Positions 21,576 through 33,536 of a stretch of DNA of 64,000 nt are shown here, in pieces. The position numbers and the translations under genes were made by a program. Position 1 is the first letter of the stretch. Each line of letters starts with the position of its first letter. The notes beneath the pieces were generated by a model. The model had not been told where the DNA came from, did no database searches, and saw only the letters and a program-made list of their open reading frames with translations. This DNA is from Podarcis erhardii (taxonomy: Eukaryota), in assembly GCA_964252035.1 (NCBI GenBank), contig OZ176201.1. One strand, 5' to 3'.

Positions 21576-24500
21576 CATTTGTTATCATCTTGTTCCCATA
21601 AACACCTGATCATGTTGAGAGTCCAGCTGCTGTAATGATTCAAGAGAGCTCTTATCTGCACTGACTACTAATTATGAATTTAAAGTAATGACTATGACAC
21701 CTTACTTACACTGGATCAGCTGTGATGTATTATTTCTCACTAATTAGTTGGGGTTTCTGCTACATTCTTGCAGCCATTTTGACTTACCAAATACATGTAG
21801 AATTGCAGCTTAATAATATAATCTTTTATCAAAATGACCATTCACAACTTTTAATTACTTCCTCCTACTCTTTCCATTCAAAGAAGATTAAATATGGTAA
21901 GAACTGCCTTAACAGGTGAACACAATAGTTGGATTAAGAAGTCTTACAGACTACTTAAACCCTCAGATTTCATGATGGTACACGAAATGATATGTTCATG
22001 ATGGAACATATCATTTGCAATAGGAGTTATGTTTCTGCCAGTTTTTTACATAAACACACACACACTCACAAAGGTTAATTTCTTGTTATTAGCTTTTTTG
22101 TTCTTTGTTTGTCTTCTTGTTATTATAGATTTGTATTATTACAATAAGAATTTAATAAAAATTACTTGTTAAAAAGCTCAATTTTTCATGTTCCCTAACT
22201 GAAAGCCAACCTTTGTTCATCACAAAGCATTAGAAGATATGTCTCATTACTTGTAGCTCCCACAATCAGCAAATGAAGCAGTCACAACAAGACAAGCAGG
22301 CTAATAGTACAAAGAACTGGAGAGATGAAATTTATGGGAAGTATTATGCAGCCCTACACAGAACTATTACAACAGCTACCAACGTCATAAGAGTGAAATG
22401 TGAGAACATAAAGTGGAATCTCAAAAGATTAAAATCAGAAGGCACAATTGCCCTCCTCACATAAAGGGAGATGGTGCTGTGTTCCCCTAGCCCTGCCCCT
22501 GATGTTGCTATACCTCTGACACTTGCACACTGAGTGGGATTCTGCAAAGGAACAGCTATGCATGTACATGGAAAGGCACTTTATGTGAGGACACCTCGAC
22601 CATGCAGGGGTCCTTGTCATCTCAATTGTCTATTTGCATACAATTGTACAATACCCTTTTCTGGTGTCCCACTCAATGCCCAGATTTCAGATATGCAGCA
22701 AAAGTCCTGGCCCTGCCTTTCTCCTGCCCTCCATTTTTAGTGAATGTGTACGGTTCAATGCTAAGCCCATGGCAGCCAGAAGCAGAATGGGCAGCATTTC
22801 CTGGTAATCCAGTATAAACTCTTGGAGCTATTGTGATAATCTGAAAGCATGAACTGTGCTAGCACTGTACAGAGAAACACACCGGGCCCTTCCTACCCTC
22901 AACATACCAAATAGCAGAATTAAAGTCACATCATTTCCTGAAGACCACTGATTTGAAATTGAGGTTTACGGGACACTGCGCTGAGGTACTTTAGGAGTGG
23001 TTCACACTCTTGTCTCTCTAACTGCTACTCCCTTGTCTCGCTTTCTCTTTATCCACATCTCCCTCTTCCCCCATTTTCCTCCTTCCTTGTCCTATGTGGA
23101 CCTGGGGCTGCTGGTTGCCCCGTCTGCTCTGTGGGTCACTGTTGGACCACCTCAGAATACAGGGATTGGTTACAGATTCAAAGCAGCACTTTCCGTCCTT
23201 GTAAGAAGAAGTGAGCCTGCTTCCTGGGATGCAGCCAGTGCATTTCCAAGGAACATGCATTTGTTTCTACTGTACACTTAACTTTATGGCTGTGCAAAGC
23301 TGCCAGTGGGGACTACTGCTGTCTGGCACTCCTTTCCTCCAAGGAAGACTAAGTCAACATTCAGAAAGGGCCTTTGTGAGTGGTTTGTCAAGGGCCGGAT
23401 GATCCAGACTGCTCAGCAATGCAGCACTTGGGTGTAGAGAAGCAGGGGACCGAATTGCTTTAGAGCACTATTAGCTTTCCTACTCATAAAGTGAGGAAGG
23501 ACGTCCCCTTGCCGAGAAAGGAATTAACACACAGTCAGGGTGCTGCCAAAACACCACTCATTTGAAGACATATGTAAGTCTCTTACCAATACCAGGGAGA
23601 GCAGCCAGAGCACTTTGAACTGAACTGTTTCAAGAGACAGGCCTCCTGCTTCATTCAACCTGTGGGGCCCACAATGGTGCCATAACTGTCCTGAGGACTC
23701 TGCCGTGAGATGGAGAGGTTGCTCACCTGGAAAGGAGGCTGCACATGCTGTGGAGAAAGGGGCTTCAGGTGACCTTCTCTAGGAGAGTGTTCAGGATTTG
23801 TGTTTGTTATAGGGAAATCAGCAAAAACAAAGTGGTCCTGTAAAAGACTGTATGTGGCATGTCTACTGCCACATACATGTATGATACAATACCAAAGTGC
23901 AAATCCAGACATAGGCAATTGCAAAGACCTCAAAGAAATGGATGGTTGAGCTAACCCAATGTTTTGTGTTGAATTTTGACTATTTCTACTGAGGAATCTT
24001 ATATCGTTCCAGAAAACATCTGATGCTTTAATGGTCGTGTTGTATTTTGCTAATGGGTTTTGTGTTGTCTTCTCCAGCTGCTGAGACTGAAAAGCTTTGC
24101 ATAGCTTGAAAAAAATTGTGAGAGTCAAGTCCCATTTAAGCATGTTAGGCCTAATGGAATTACAACCCACAGATCACTTCCTGATGGCTAAAACTAATTT
24201 GATATTAATTGAATTACTCTTCCTGCTCAGCCTGCCACATAGCAGTGACCTAGCTCTCACTGAAGTGGTAAACATGTGTCTCACTTGTACCAGTTCACAG
24301 TGCATTTGGAGGCTCACATGGTGGGATGCTCCCCTACACATAGAAAATGAGCATGCCAGAGAGAAGAGAAGACCAGAGGCCTTCTTCCTGACATGCTAGT
24401 TTTCTAGGTGAAGGGATATTTTTTTTCATGAACAAAGGAAAATTCAATCACATGAATCCCCACTTGCTCTCAGAGAGAACTGGATATTTTTGTTCAATTT

Positions 24501-27076
24501 CTTTAATAAAATAAATGCTTAAATCTGCATCATCTCAGATGACGATTTTAGCTCAATGAGCTCAACATTCAAGCCTACGTCATCAACTATATGGAGAATG
24601 TAAAGTTCATGGGCCTAACCAGGTCTGACTTCACATACTGTTGGATATATAGATAAAGGATTAGGAGCAGCTCAGTTCTTGTAAAAGTTTTGCTGCTTTG
24701 CATCATCCATTTTGTGGAGAAGAATGTTTGACACTGGGTCTCAACAACACTTTCACTTCCCTTCCCTGGAAAATACACCACTTCAAGATCAGAGAGGAGA
24801 AATCAATTCATTTACAGCTCACTTCAGGGCATATGCACACACTCTGGAATCACAATTCAGGAAAGACATGGACATAGGAAAAACAGAACACTTAATATTT
24901 GCTTAGAGGAAAAAGATTGCAAGTGGGGGCAGAGATTAATTTTACATATATTTACAAGGTTTTCAGGAAGAAAAACACAGTATCACCAGAGGACTATTTA
25001 AATTACAGAAAGGCTGTGTTGTTGTTGTTTTTAAATTAAATATTAGGAAATTTGAGCTAACCCTGTCTATGGAAGTTACGTTAGGATTGCCATATTTAAA
25101 AAAGTAAAAACCAGGACACACTGAAAGTTGATGAGTTGTTTTTTGTTTCAATTGACATGCCTAAGATCCAGGACAAAGCACCTCCTTTCAGACATCAATT
25201 CCACCTTTGAAATCCCAGTAATGTCTGGGAAAATCCAGATGTATGGCAGCCTTAAGTTACCATATCACTCTCTTTCATGCAACATTTTCATGAAAAGTGC
25301 CGTCTGTCCAGTGTAGCCTTCCTTTTTTCAGATCCAGGAGAGGCCTTTCATTTCAACCTGAAGAATGGGGAACTCCCTTTTAAAATCCATTTGCAGCCTG
25401 TCTCTTAGTTACCATTGGCGTGATCCACCTTCTATCAGACCCAATTGTGGCCCATGAGTTGAAGACCAATGGCATAGCACAGAGGCAGGGAATCTCAGGT
25501 CTAAGGGTCAAGCACAACCCTAGTCTAGACTGCTCTCTCTGTCCCCAATAATTCTTCCCAGGCTACCCCCTCACTCAGAGTGTTTTTGCCTGGCTGGAAT
25601 GTGTCCTTGTACTCTGATAATGCCTCTTAACTTGTCTGGATGGAGGACACAGAGGGTTTTGTGTGTCTGTAGAAAGTAGCCTACTGTAAAAAGGGCACAA
25701 ACACATTCATTGCTCTGTCCATTTTTGCCCCGATCCTACCCATCACTGGCATGTGGCCTTCAGAAGGTTTTCCAGAAAGGAATGTAGCCCTCAGGCTGAA
25801 AAAGATTCATCACTTCTGGAATAAGAGTACACTGCCTTAATATACTGCTTGAGTCATATGATCAGTGGGATTAGGCACAACTCTGAAGTTAAGAGGGAAA
25901 AGGGAGTCTTGTAGAAGTGACAGAGTGCCTGCCTAATTTCTATTTAATGGGATTGCAGAAATGACGAAGAAGCCTGCACCATTAACGCCTAAGAAGACAT
26001 CTGTCTTGGCTGCAAAGTTCACTTCCTTTCCCTTTTCAGACCTTGACCTTCAAGAAAACTTGTCACCTTTAAGAGATGTGTCAGTACAGTCCTATTGTTC
26101 CAACGGCAAAGATGAGCAAGACAGCTCAAGGTCATTACATTTTGGGTTGCAAAACAAAAGCTAAAGTAACGTAGTTCTTACAGATTTCAAATGCAGACTA
26201 CATCAGGCCTAAATCAGAGCCCTGAGAAACACTGTCGTTCAGTAATTTGTCAGGAGCACAGCTCAAGGCATGTCTAACAGCCAATAGTAATGTCACCATG
26301 GAAAGTTACCGAGAAAATATCTCCTTTTTTAACAATGAAAAGGCAATTATCTCACACTCCCTGAACTTATAAAAATGCAGCAGTTGCTACTGAATCTTGC
26401 TGAGAGTGGAAAAACACTGGCCATTAAATGGCAACCCCATATACAAGCTAGAGTAGTGCACTCAAAGGTCTTTGATTAACCCAACATCTTTGCATTCAAC
26501 TCATTTGGCAATTCGGAATAAGTTTAGGGCACTTGCTTGGATGTAGTCAATTTACCATGCACTTGCCACACCAGCTTATGCAGATCACTTAAAATTGATG
26601 CATATCACTTAAAAGCAGAGTGTGTTGGTTCCCAACCACATGCATTTAGAACTATTTAGACCTTTAAAATATGATCCCTTTAGCATATGTAGTGGTTGTG
26701 AATGAATGCACTGTTTCCTCAGGGTTCTTACTTCACATGAATTAGATGCTACACCTTTCATTTTTTGGCTCACACACATAAATCTTTGTTAGTTTTCTGT
26801 TGGGGGGAGGAAGGTATGTTATTTTTCCATTAGTTTAAATGTAGGATACATCTTAATTGTACTATTGTTACAGAGAAAATGAATACGTCAAAGTGCATCC
26901 CTATATTTGAAAATGAATTTAAAGTATTTTTTTTTAAAAAAATGCTCCCAGCTTCACCAAAAGAAAGCCAATCTTGCATTACAAGTAAGAGGCAGGTTTC
27001 AAAAGATTAATGTTTCAAAGAAAGACTTACATAAAAATCACATGTACTAATTTATATGTATAGCTGCAACATATAC

Positions 27077-27077
<1 letters not shown>

Positions 27078-27108
<31 letters not shown>
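27078..27108. repeat. (TTA)n microsatellite
   Basis: Directly visible. Confidence 0.95.
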
Positions 27109-27110
<2 letters not shown>

Positions 27111-28916
27111 ATCAGAAATAGTTACTAAAATTTAAACAGACATACAGAGCTTCCTATTTATGCAGGGGTTATATCCCAGGCCCCTGCACCGGTAAGTGAA
27201 ATTGTGTAAAGAGGGAAGCACCCTCTAAAAATCCTTTAAATGCTTTCTCTTTAATTCATACCCAAAATACTGCATGTATTCCAAAGAACTGAAGCTCTGG
27301 GGCTGGCAGGAGGCTAGAGGATGCATGGGAAAGCTGCTGCTGCTGCTGCTGCACTACCCCCCACACCAGCTGTTAAGTGGGGAAGCTGAGCCCTGCTGTG
27401 CCTCTGGTCTCTTTGGGGCTTCCTCACGAGCCGAGAGGACTCTCCAGCTCTCTCCTGCCACTTCTGGGTATGAATTGAATGACTTAATTACTTTCTTGTG
27501 CTGCACATATACACAGTCACACACAAGTAGAACACACGTAAGTTGGGGGATGCCAGTATAATACACCTAATCTCACCATAATGGAGAGGAGAAGGACTTG
27601 CGTGCCTGCTCAGTCTGCTGTCCACATGCTAACTGCTGGTGGGCAACATCAAGGCCTCTCCTGCTCTCCTCTTTCATGGTTCTTTATCTTTAAATTGGAC
27701 TTTGAATTGAGAGCCCTTTAAATGGAGGATGACTTCAAATAGAGGCTGGCCCTCTGTAAACAGAACACATGGCCACTCTGATTCAGGAGTATTTCACCTC
27801 TGGAAGAGACAGAGGAATAAGCTAGGAGCAATAAGGGGTCACTTAAGATATGCAGTAGGGATCTCTGATTGCACATTTAAAAGCAGCTGCACAAAAACAT
27901 GCAAGCAACTTTACATAGGGAAGCATCTAGCAAATATTTTCCCCAAAACATCTCCCTTGCAGCTTGTAAAATAGAGGGTTAAGCACCCACTATGTCCTGC
28001 AGCTGCTGCAGCCAAATTAGTCATTTGCTGTACTAATGGAAACCAATTATTCTGCTTTGATTTTCACTTTCCTCAAATAAAGCAGCCTGGGTCTCCCAGG
28101 AAATTGCCCTCCAGCTGCTGCTCTCTCTGCCCCAGCAATTACTCTACAGACATGCCTGGTCAACTTTGAGCATCTGTTCAGGGGCAAAGGGTAAGTCAAT
28201 GGCATGCAGTCTCTCTCTTGCACTCTGTCCATTGAGGAGAGCAAACTGTGTTTCTACAGAGTTGGAATTACTGGACAAATCTCAGTCACCTCTGCCTCTG
28301 CTTTGATCAGAGATCACTTATTGCAGTTGGACCTCTCTCCAGCCCAACAGTCTCACCTGATGGCTGATGGCACCAATGCAGCCTCCAGTTCAAAGGATGC
28401 AAGTTGAGGTCACACTATTGGTTCAGCCACAGGTGACCATGAAGTGATGAAAATCCAAGATGGTCAAGTAAATCAATACCAAAAGTATAAAAGCCTCAAC
28501 AAATGTCAAATATGTAAATGGGGATGAAGGGAGGTAAATCAATAAATTGTGCCTCACCAATTATGTAGATACAGACATGCAGCACAGACTAAAAAAAGAC
28601 AATGGTTGTAGGGAGTTTGATCTGGCTTCTGAAATCTATGCATCTGCCCTTGAGAATTCTCTCATTCTCCCTCTCCCTCCCTCCCTCTCTCTCACACACA
28701 TTTGCTTCCTCCACAGGAACAACACTACAGCTAACACCTTAGCAAGATCACCCACACAATAAGCAGCCAATAATAATTGCATCAGCACACACAGAAAATG
28801 AAATTGGAGAGAAGGGGCAAAATCTGAATGGAGAGCCAACTTTTTTTTAATGCTGGCATTTTGAATGTTGCTCAACTTTTGTGCCCAGATTTTTGCTTTT
28901 TGAAATAAGGTAACCC

Positions 28917-29047
28917 TAGGTGTGAGGAATCTTTGGCCCTCCAGATATTGCTGAACTACAATTCCCATCATCCTCAGCAAGCATGGCCAGGGATGATGCG
29001 AGTTGTAGTACAGCAACATCTGGAGGGCCAAAGGTTCTGCACATCTG
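28917..29047. mobile_element. hAT-type palindromic MITE
   Basis: Inverted arms GGCCCTCCAGATATTGCTGAACTACAA / TTGTAGTACAGCAACATCTGGAGGGCC. Confidence 0.75.
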
Positions 29048-29065
29048 CTCAAGGACAATGATTTG

Positions 29066-29221
29066 CTGTATAGCTAAGTTGTTTAGAGCACAGTGTTGAT
29101 AACACCAGGGTTGTAGGTTTGATTCCCCTACAGTACAGTTGCATAGTCCTGCATTGCGGGGGGGGGGGTGGACTAGATCATCCTTCCTCAGGGGTCCCTT
29201 CCAACTCTATGATTCTATGAT
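29066..29221 (+). mobile_element. SINE with tRNA-like head and CR1-type tail
   Basis: A box TAGCTAAGTTGTT, B box GGTTTGATTCC (29116-29126), tail CCCTTCCAACTCTATGATTCTATGA matching the CR1 tail at 43.56 kb. Confidence 0.75.
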
Positions 29222-31533
29222 CACTTTCCTTATGCAGAAAAACTGAAAAATGCGATAAACTGAAAAGCTGGATAACCAAAAGGACTTGTGAGGGCATGGA
29301 ACAGATCTGTTTGATCTAGTACAGCCAAGCAAATTATAATGCATGACTTCACCCCAAAGTGTAAAGATAGCACTGATCGAATTCAAAGCCGAACACTCTA
29401 CTGCTATCAGGGATTTGGCAGTGACAGAAAGTGTGGTTGTATACCACTACAGAAGCATACTGCAAGGATAATGAGGCTGTACACTGCTTGTACGAATTCA
29501 CTAAAGCCAAGGTAACAACAAAGGATGAAGGTTGGAGAAACAGCGAGGTGATAATCTGGCATAGCAACAGAAAGGATGTCACTGCCTCCAGCCATAAGCC
29601 TTCCCTGAGGACACCATATCCTGGGGAGGACCACAGTGAGGAAAATTTCAGAACTGTGCCAGGGGAGTCACTTGTTAACTTCAAAAGGCTGAAAGACTCA
29701 AACACACCAGTCGCAATGAAAACAGAAGCCTCAAGCTCAATTTGCTTTCACAGAATCAAGGAGTTGGAAGCTGAAGTGGCTGGCAGGGTGGACACAACCT
29801 CCTAACGGAGGCAGCACTGCTGCTGACTGGGACAGAGAGTCCCAAGCTTGCCACTGCCCTGCCCTGTTGTGGGAAGCAGCAGCAATGCTGCTGCTAGGAA
29901 GCTGCTTTCACAGCCCCGGCAGCTGTTGCTGGTTGGAAGGGCACCCCACTGGTCAATACAATATCTGCATCTTTGGCAGATAACTATCCAGTCTCTGCTT
30001 AGTTACCTCCACCTTCGTTAGTCTGCTATTACCATTCAGAAGGTTCTCCTGAGTTTCAGCCAAAATCTACATTCTAGTATGAATGTGTATTTATACATTA
30101 TGCTGTGCTTTGGGTATTAAAATACAAGCTTTCAGGTGTGCATACACTGAAAGTCTGTGATGCTGGCCTAAGGTTTTTTAAAAACTATATTTTTAGTTAA
30201 GAGGCCTAATCACAGAAGTTGTCATGAAGGTCACAAAGAAACTATGATCACATGTATCACAAATGTAATGTGTGAAGTTCTAGGCAGACAAAAATGACTA
30301 ACTCTTGGGGGGCAAACTATCCAGAACAATAGGGTCACAATCTTGGTTGTGGTCCTTTGGTGCTACGGTGTGATCTATTCTTCCACGCCTACTCCTAAAA
30401 AAAAAAAAATTCAATGAAGATCCAAAGATTACAAAATTGCAAAGACTTACATAGATGCCCTGAGAAACTGTAAACAGCAGAGGAGCTTGGGCTGCTTCGC
30501 AAGACTCACCCCCTCCTTTTACTAAGCCTGCTTCTTTATCTCCCCTTGCAATAGTGCTGCTGGCGCAAATTGCTGCAGCTCTCATGTGCCACTCTGATGC
30601 CCAGTCCAAGGATAGCTGTGCAGGATTTTTCTGCCCCCACATGGCACAACAAAGAAACTACATGCCATTCAGAAAAAAAAACCCTTCACTACTGTCCTCC
30701 CCTTCCTCTCTCTTCTTATCACCACTCCCTCTTACACAAGCCAATAGGATTTCTTCTTGGTCCACAAAGCTTACCCTTCAGTGTTCACAGGCAGCTTGTA
30801 AATAGGAGCAGAAGAGGGTGAAAGTGTTCACATACAGTGCTGTCGGCTGAAAGATGAAACAACCGGCAGGAAAGAGTGATGCTGCTCAATATAACCCAGA
30901 AAGGAAGATATCCGGGTAAGAGCTGCTTTCTTTGGCGTTTCTATATGAGATTACAGAGGTGAAGAAATGGGCTCGTATTGGCCCTTTTATGATGAATCTG
31001 TACTGGAGTTGCTTGGCCTCAAGATAAGGATGCACTAATGGAAACTTTGGGATCTAAGGACATTTGACTTGGCAAAGCAAAAAAAAAAAATATGGATCCA
31101 GCTTCTCCCTGGACCAATGTTACTGAAGGAGCAGCCTCAAATAGATGCAAGGTTGGGTTATTTGGAGAGGGACACTTTAGAGGCAAATCCTGTAAACATG
31201 CTCAAGGCTTTTGAATCAGATCTCAAGATCTATATAGACATACCTTGTTTTTGAAATTATTTCAGGCAATACATGCACACAGACTCCTGCCAGTTTCTAC
31301 AACTACCAAGAGAGGCATGCAGAACAGCAGATACATGCTGGCCTTTGATTACAGCATATTTCTTAAATGCCTGTTTATTCTGAGTGAGACAACCCAATAT
31401 TTTAAGGAGCATAATTCAGAGTCTTTAGGCACCATCTGATTTTACCGATTCATTCTACTGTTGCCCTTTCACACATCAGTGTCTTGCAAGAGGATTATAC
31501 TCAGTGTGAATTTGACTTTGAGAACTTATTTCC

Positions 31534-33117
31534 ATGCTAGTGACAAACCAGGGTGAGCTCCACTGTTACATGATGAATGTACTGACCTTGGCTTTATTTA
31601 TTTGGAAACTGCTTGGAAAGCTGTTAGTTTTCTTTGTCCTGTGCATTCAAGTCAGCACCTTAAACAACTGCACTCTCAGAAGATGTCCTGAAGTTTGCAT
31701 TTGTACTGCTGATCTCATGAGTTGTGCCAAGAAGGATCTTGAACAGGTCCCCAGCACCCTGCTTCCCACAGCCACTACCTTGGACCTCAGCTACAACAAC
31801 ATTACTCAGCTTAATGACTACTGGCTGGCTGCCTTACCACGTCTCCAGACCCTCAGGATCAGCCACAACAAGATCCACAATATCACCCGGCAAGTGTTCC
31901 ACAATGCCACTTACATTGTACACCTGGACATGTCTTCCAACTACCTGAGCACTGTGGAGAAGTATTACTTTGATGGCCTTGTGAAGTTGGAGGAGCTCTT
32001 GCTATACAACAACAAGATTGTACAAGTCGATCAAAATGCTTTTGTCAAGTTAATCAGATTGCAAAAAGTCTACCTGAGTTGGAACAGGCTAACAAAATTT
32101 CCATTTGAGTCCATTCAAAGACTTGAACACCCATATCTGAGAACCCTAGATCTGTCTGCTAACAACCTAAGCAGCATTCCAGTTCAAGTAATAGCAACTT
32201 TGCCTGGGTACATAAAAAATGGCTTGTACCTTCACAACAACCCTGTGATATGTGACTGCTCTCTTCATCTGATGCTCCAGGAATGGAAGCACCGCGGTTT
32301 CAGTTCTGCGGAGGATTTTGTAGAGGAGCACACCTGCAAAGCTTTCCCCAATGTGCCACGTTCCTTAGTCAACACCTTCAATTACAACAAGTATATTGGA
32401 GATTGCTCCTGGAACCAATTTGACATTCCCCAAATCCTCTGCCAAGTGGGAGAATCCTTGGTAATAGACTGCAACACGAGCCTCCATAATGACAATGCCA
32501 CAAACTACAGATGGATCTCTCCTAGACATGAATTATTCATGTACCCTGAGCACAGTAATCAGGAGCATCAACCTTTCAGAAATGGAAGCCTATTGATCAG
32601 AAAGGGTAACCGTTCCCATTCCGGCGTTTATGTGTGCATAGCCATCAACGAGCTCCAACAGATCAACCAGACGTTTGAAGTCAACATCACATTTCAATAC
32701 CCCAAACCACCCGAGTCTTTCAATACTGGCCTCACAACCCTCTTAGGGTGTGTTGTAACTCTGGTACTTGTCCTCATGTACTTGTACCTCACACCATGTC
32801 GCTGCTCCAAGTGCTTCAAGAAGCCCGCAAGCCCCCCTCCAGACTGCAGCGCCCAATCGTCCATCCTTAGTACCACCCCGCCAGCCACAGATGGGCCAAA
32901 TCGCAAGATCAGCGCAAACAAGCATGTTGTTTTCCTAGAGCCCATCAAGGAAGCCCAGAATGGCAAGGTCAGGTTGGCCGTCAGCGAGGACTTTCCAGAA
33001 GCTAAAAGCCCCAGACTCTTACAGCTGAAGCTGGACAGTGAATCAATCAGCTCAGTCTTTTCAGATCCTCTCATCATGTCCTATGAGGAACGAGAACAGA
33101 CACCGGCAGATGGATAG
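31534..33117 (+). CDS. AMIGO3: AMIGO3, single-exon LRR-Ig transmembrane adhesion protein (start may be 31534, 31570 or 31573)
   Basis: 527-codon ORF: hydrophobic leader, LRRNT (CPEVCIC), LRRs, LRRCT (NPVICDC), Ig domain (GSLLI...YVCIA), TM (TLLGCVVTLVLVLMYLYL), tail KHVVFLEP...QNGKVRLAV. Nested in an RNF123 intron as in mammals. Confidence 0.93.
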   Translation: MLVTNQGELHCYMMNVLTLALFIWKLLGKLLVFFVLCIQVSTLNNCTLRRCPEVCICTADLMSCAKKDLEQVPSTLLPTATTLDLSYNNITQLNDYWLAALPRLQTLRISHNKIHNITRQVFHNATYIVHLDMSSNYLSTVEKYYFDGLVKLEELLLYNNKIVQVDQNAFVKLIRLQKVYLSWNRLTKFPFESIQRLEHPYLRTLDLSANNLSSIPVQVIATLPGYIKNGLYLHNNPVICDCSLHLMLQEWKHRGFSSAEDFVEEHTCKAFPNVPRSLVNTFNYNKYIGDCSWNQFDIPQILCQVGESLVIDCNTSLHNDNATNYRWISPRHELFMYPEHSNQEHQPFRNGSLLIRKGNRSHSGVYVCIAINELQQINQTFEVNITFQYPKPPESFNTGLTTLLGCVVTLVLVLMYLYLTPCRCSKCFKKPASPPPDCSAQSSILSTTPPATDGPNRKISANKHVVFLEPIKEAQNGKVRLAVSEDFPEAKSPRLLQLKLDSESISSVFSDPLIMSYEEREQTPADG

Positions 33118-33530
33118 GAAGCAATCCACAGGAAGGATGCAGCCAAGGTGGAGAGTGGGGAAGGAGTGGGGTCAAACCCCATATCCATTGTGGGAGGGAG
33201 AGGGAAGACATCTCACTGAAAAGCACAGAGGAATTCTCTTCATCTCCCTTGCATGGACTACTGTGGTTTATTCTTAATTTCCTTCATCTCCCCTAGAAAT
33301 TATGGAGGCCTTTTCTTCTAACAATTCTAGTCTGACCGTCCCAGAATCCATTTATTATGCACAACAGAAGCAACCATCTTTTGACAAAAAAGAATTGAGT
33401 GCTCTTTACACATCCCAGATGACTACAGCCTGCTCAGTAGTAGAGACAGTAACTTGTAGCAGAGAGTACCATCCCCTTTTAGAAAACTGCTGTGGAATAC
33501 AAGATTGTGTAATGGCTTTGACTTTCAGAG

Positions 33531-33536
33531 AATAAA
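33531..33536 (+). terminator. Candidate AMIGO3 poly(A) signal (alternatives at 33979 and 34578)
   Basis: AATAAA 414 nt after the stop. Confidence 0.45.

Noticed and set aside
23655-24170. 171 aa minus-strand intronic ORF
   Set aside because: No recognisable domain or exon-like boundaries for the whole ORF. Only the splice motif at 23721-23763 was retained.
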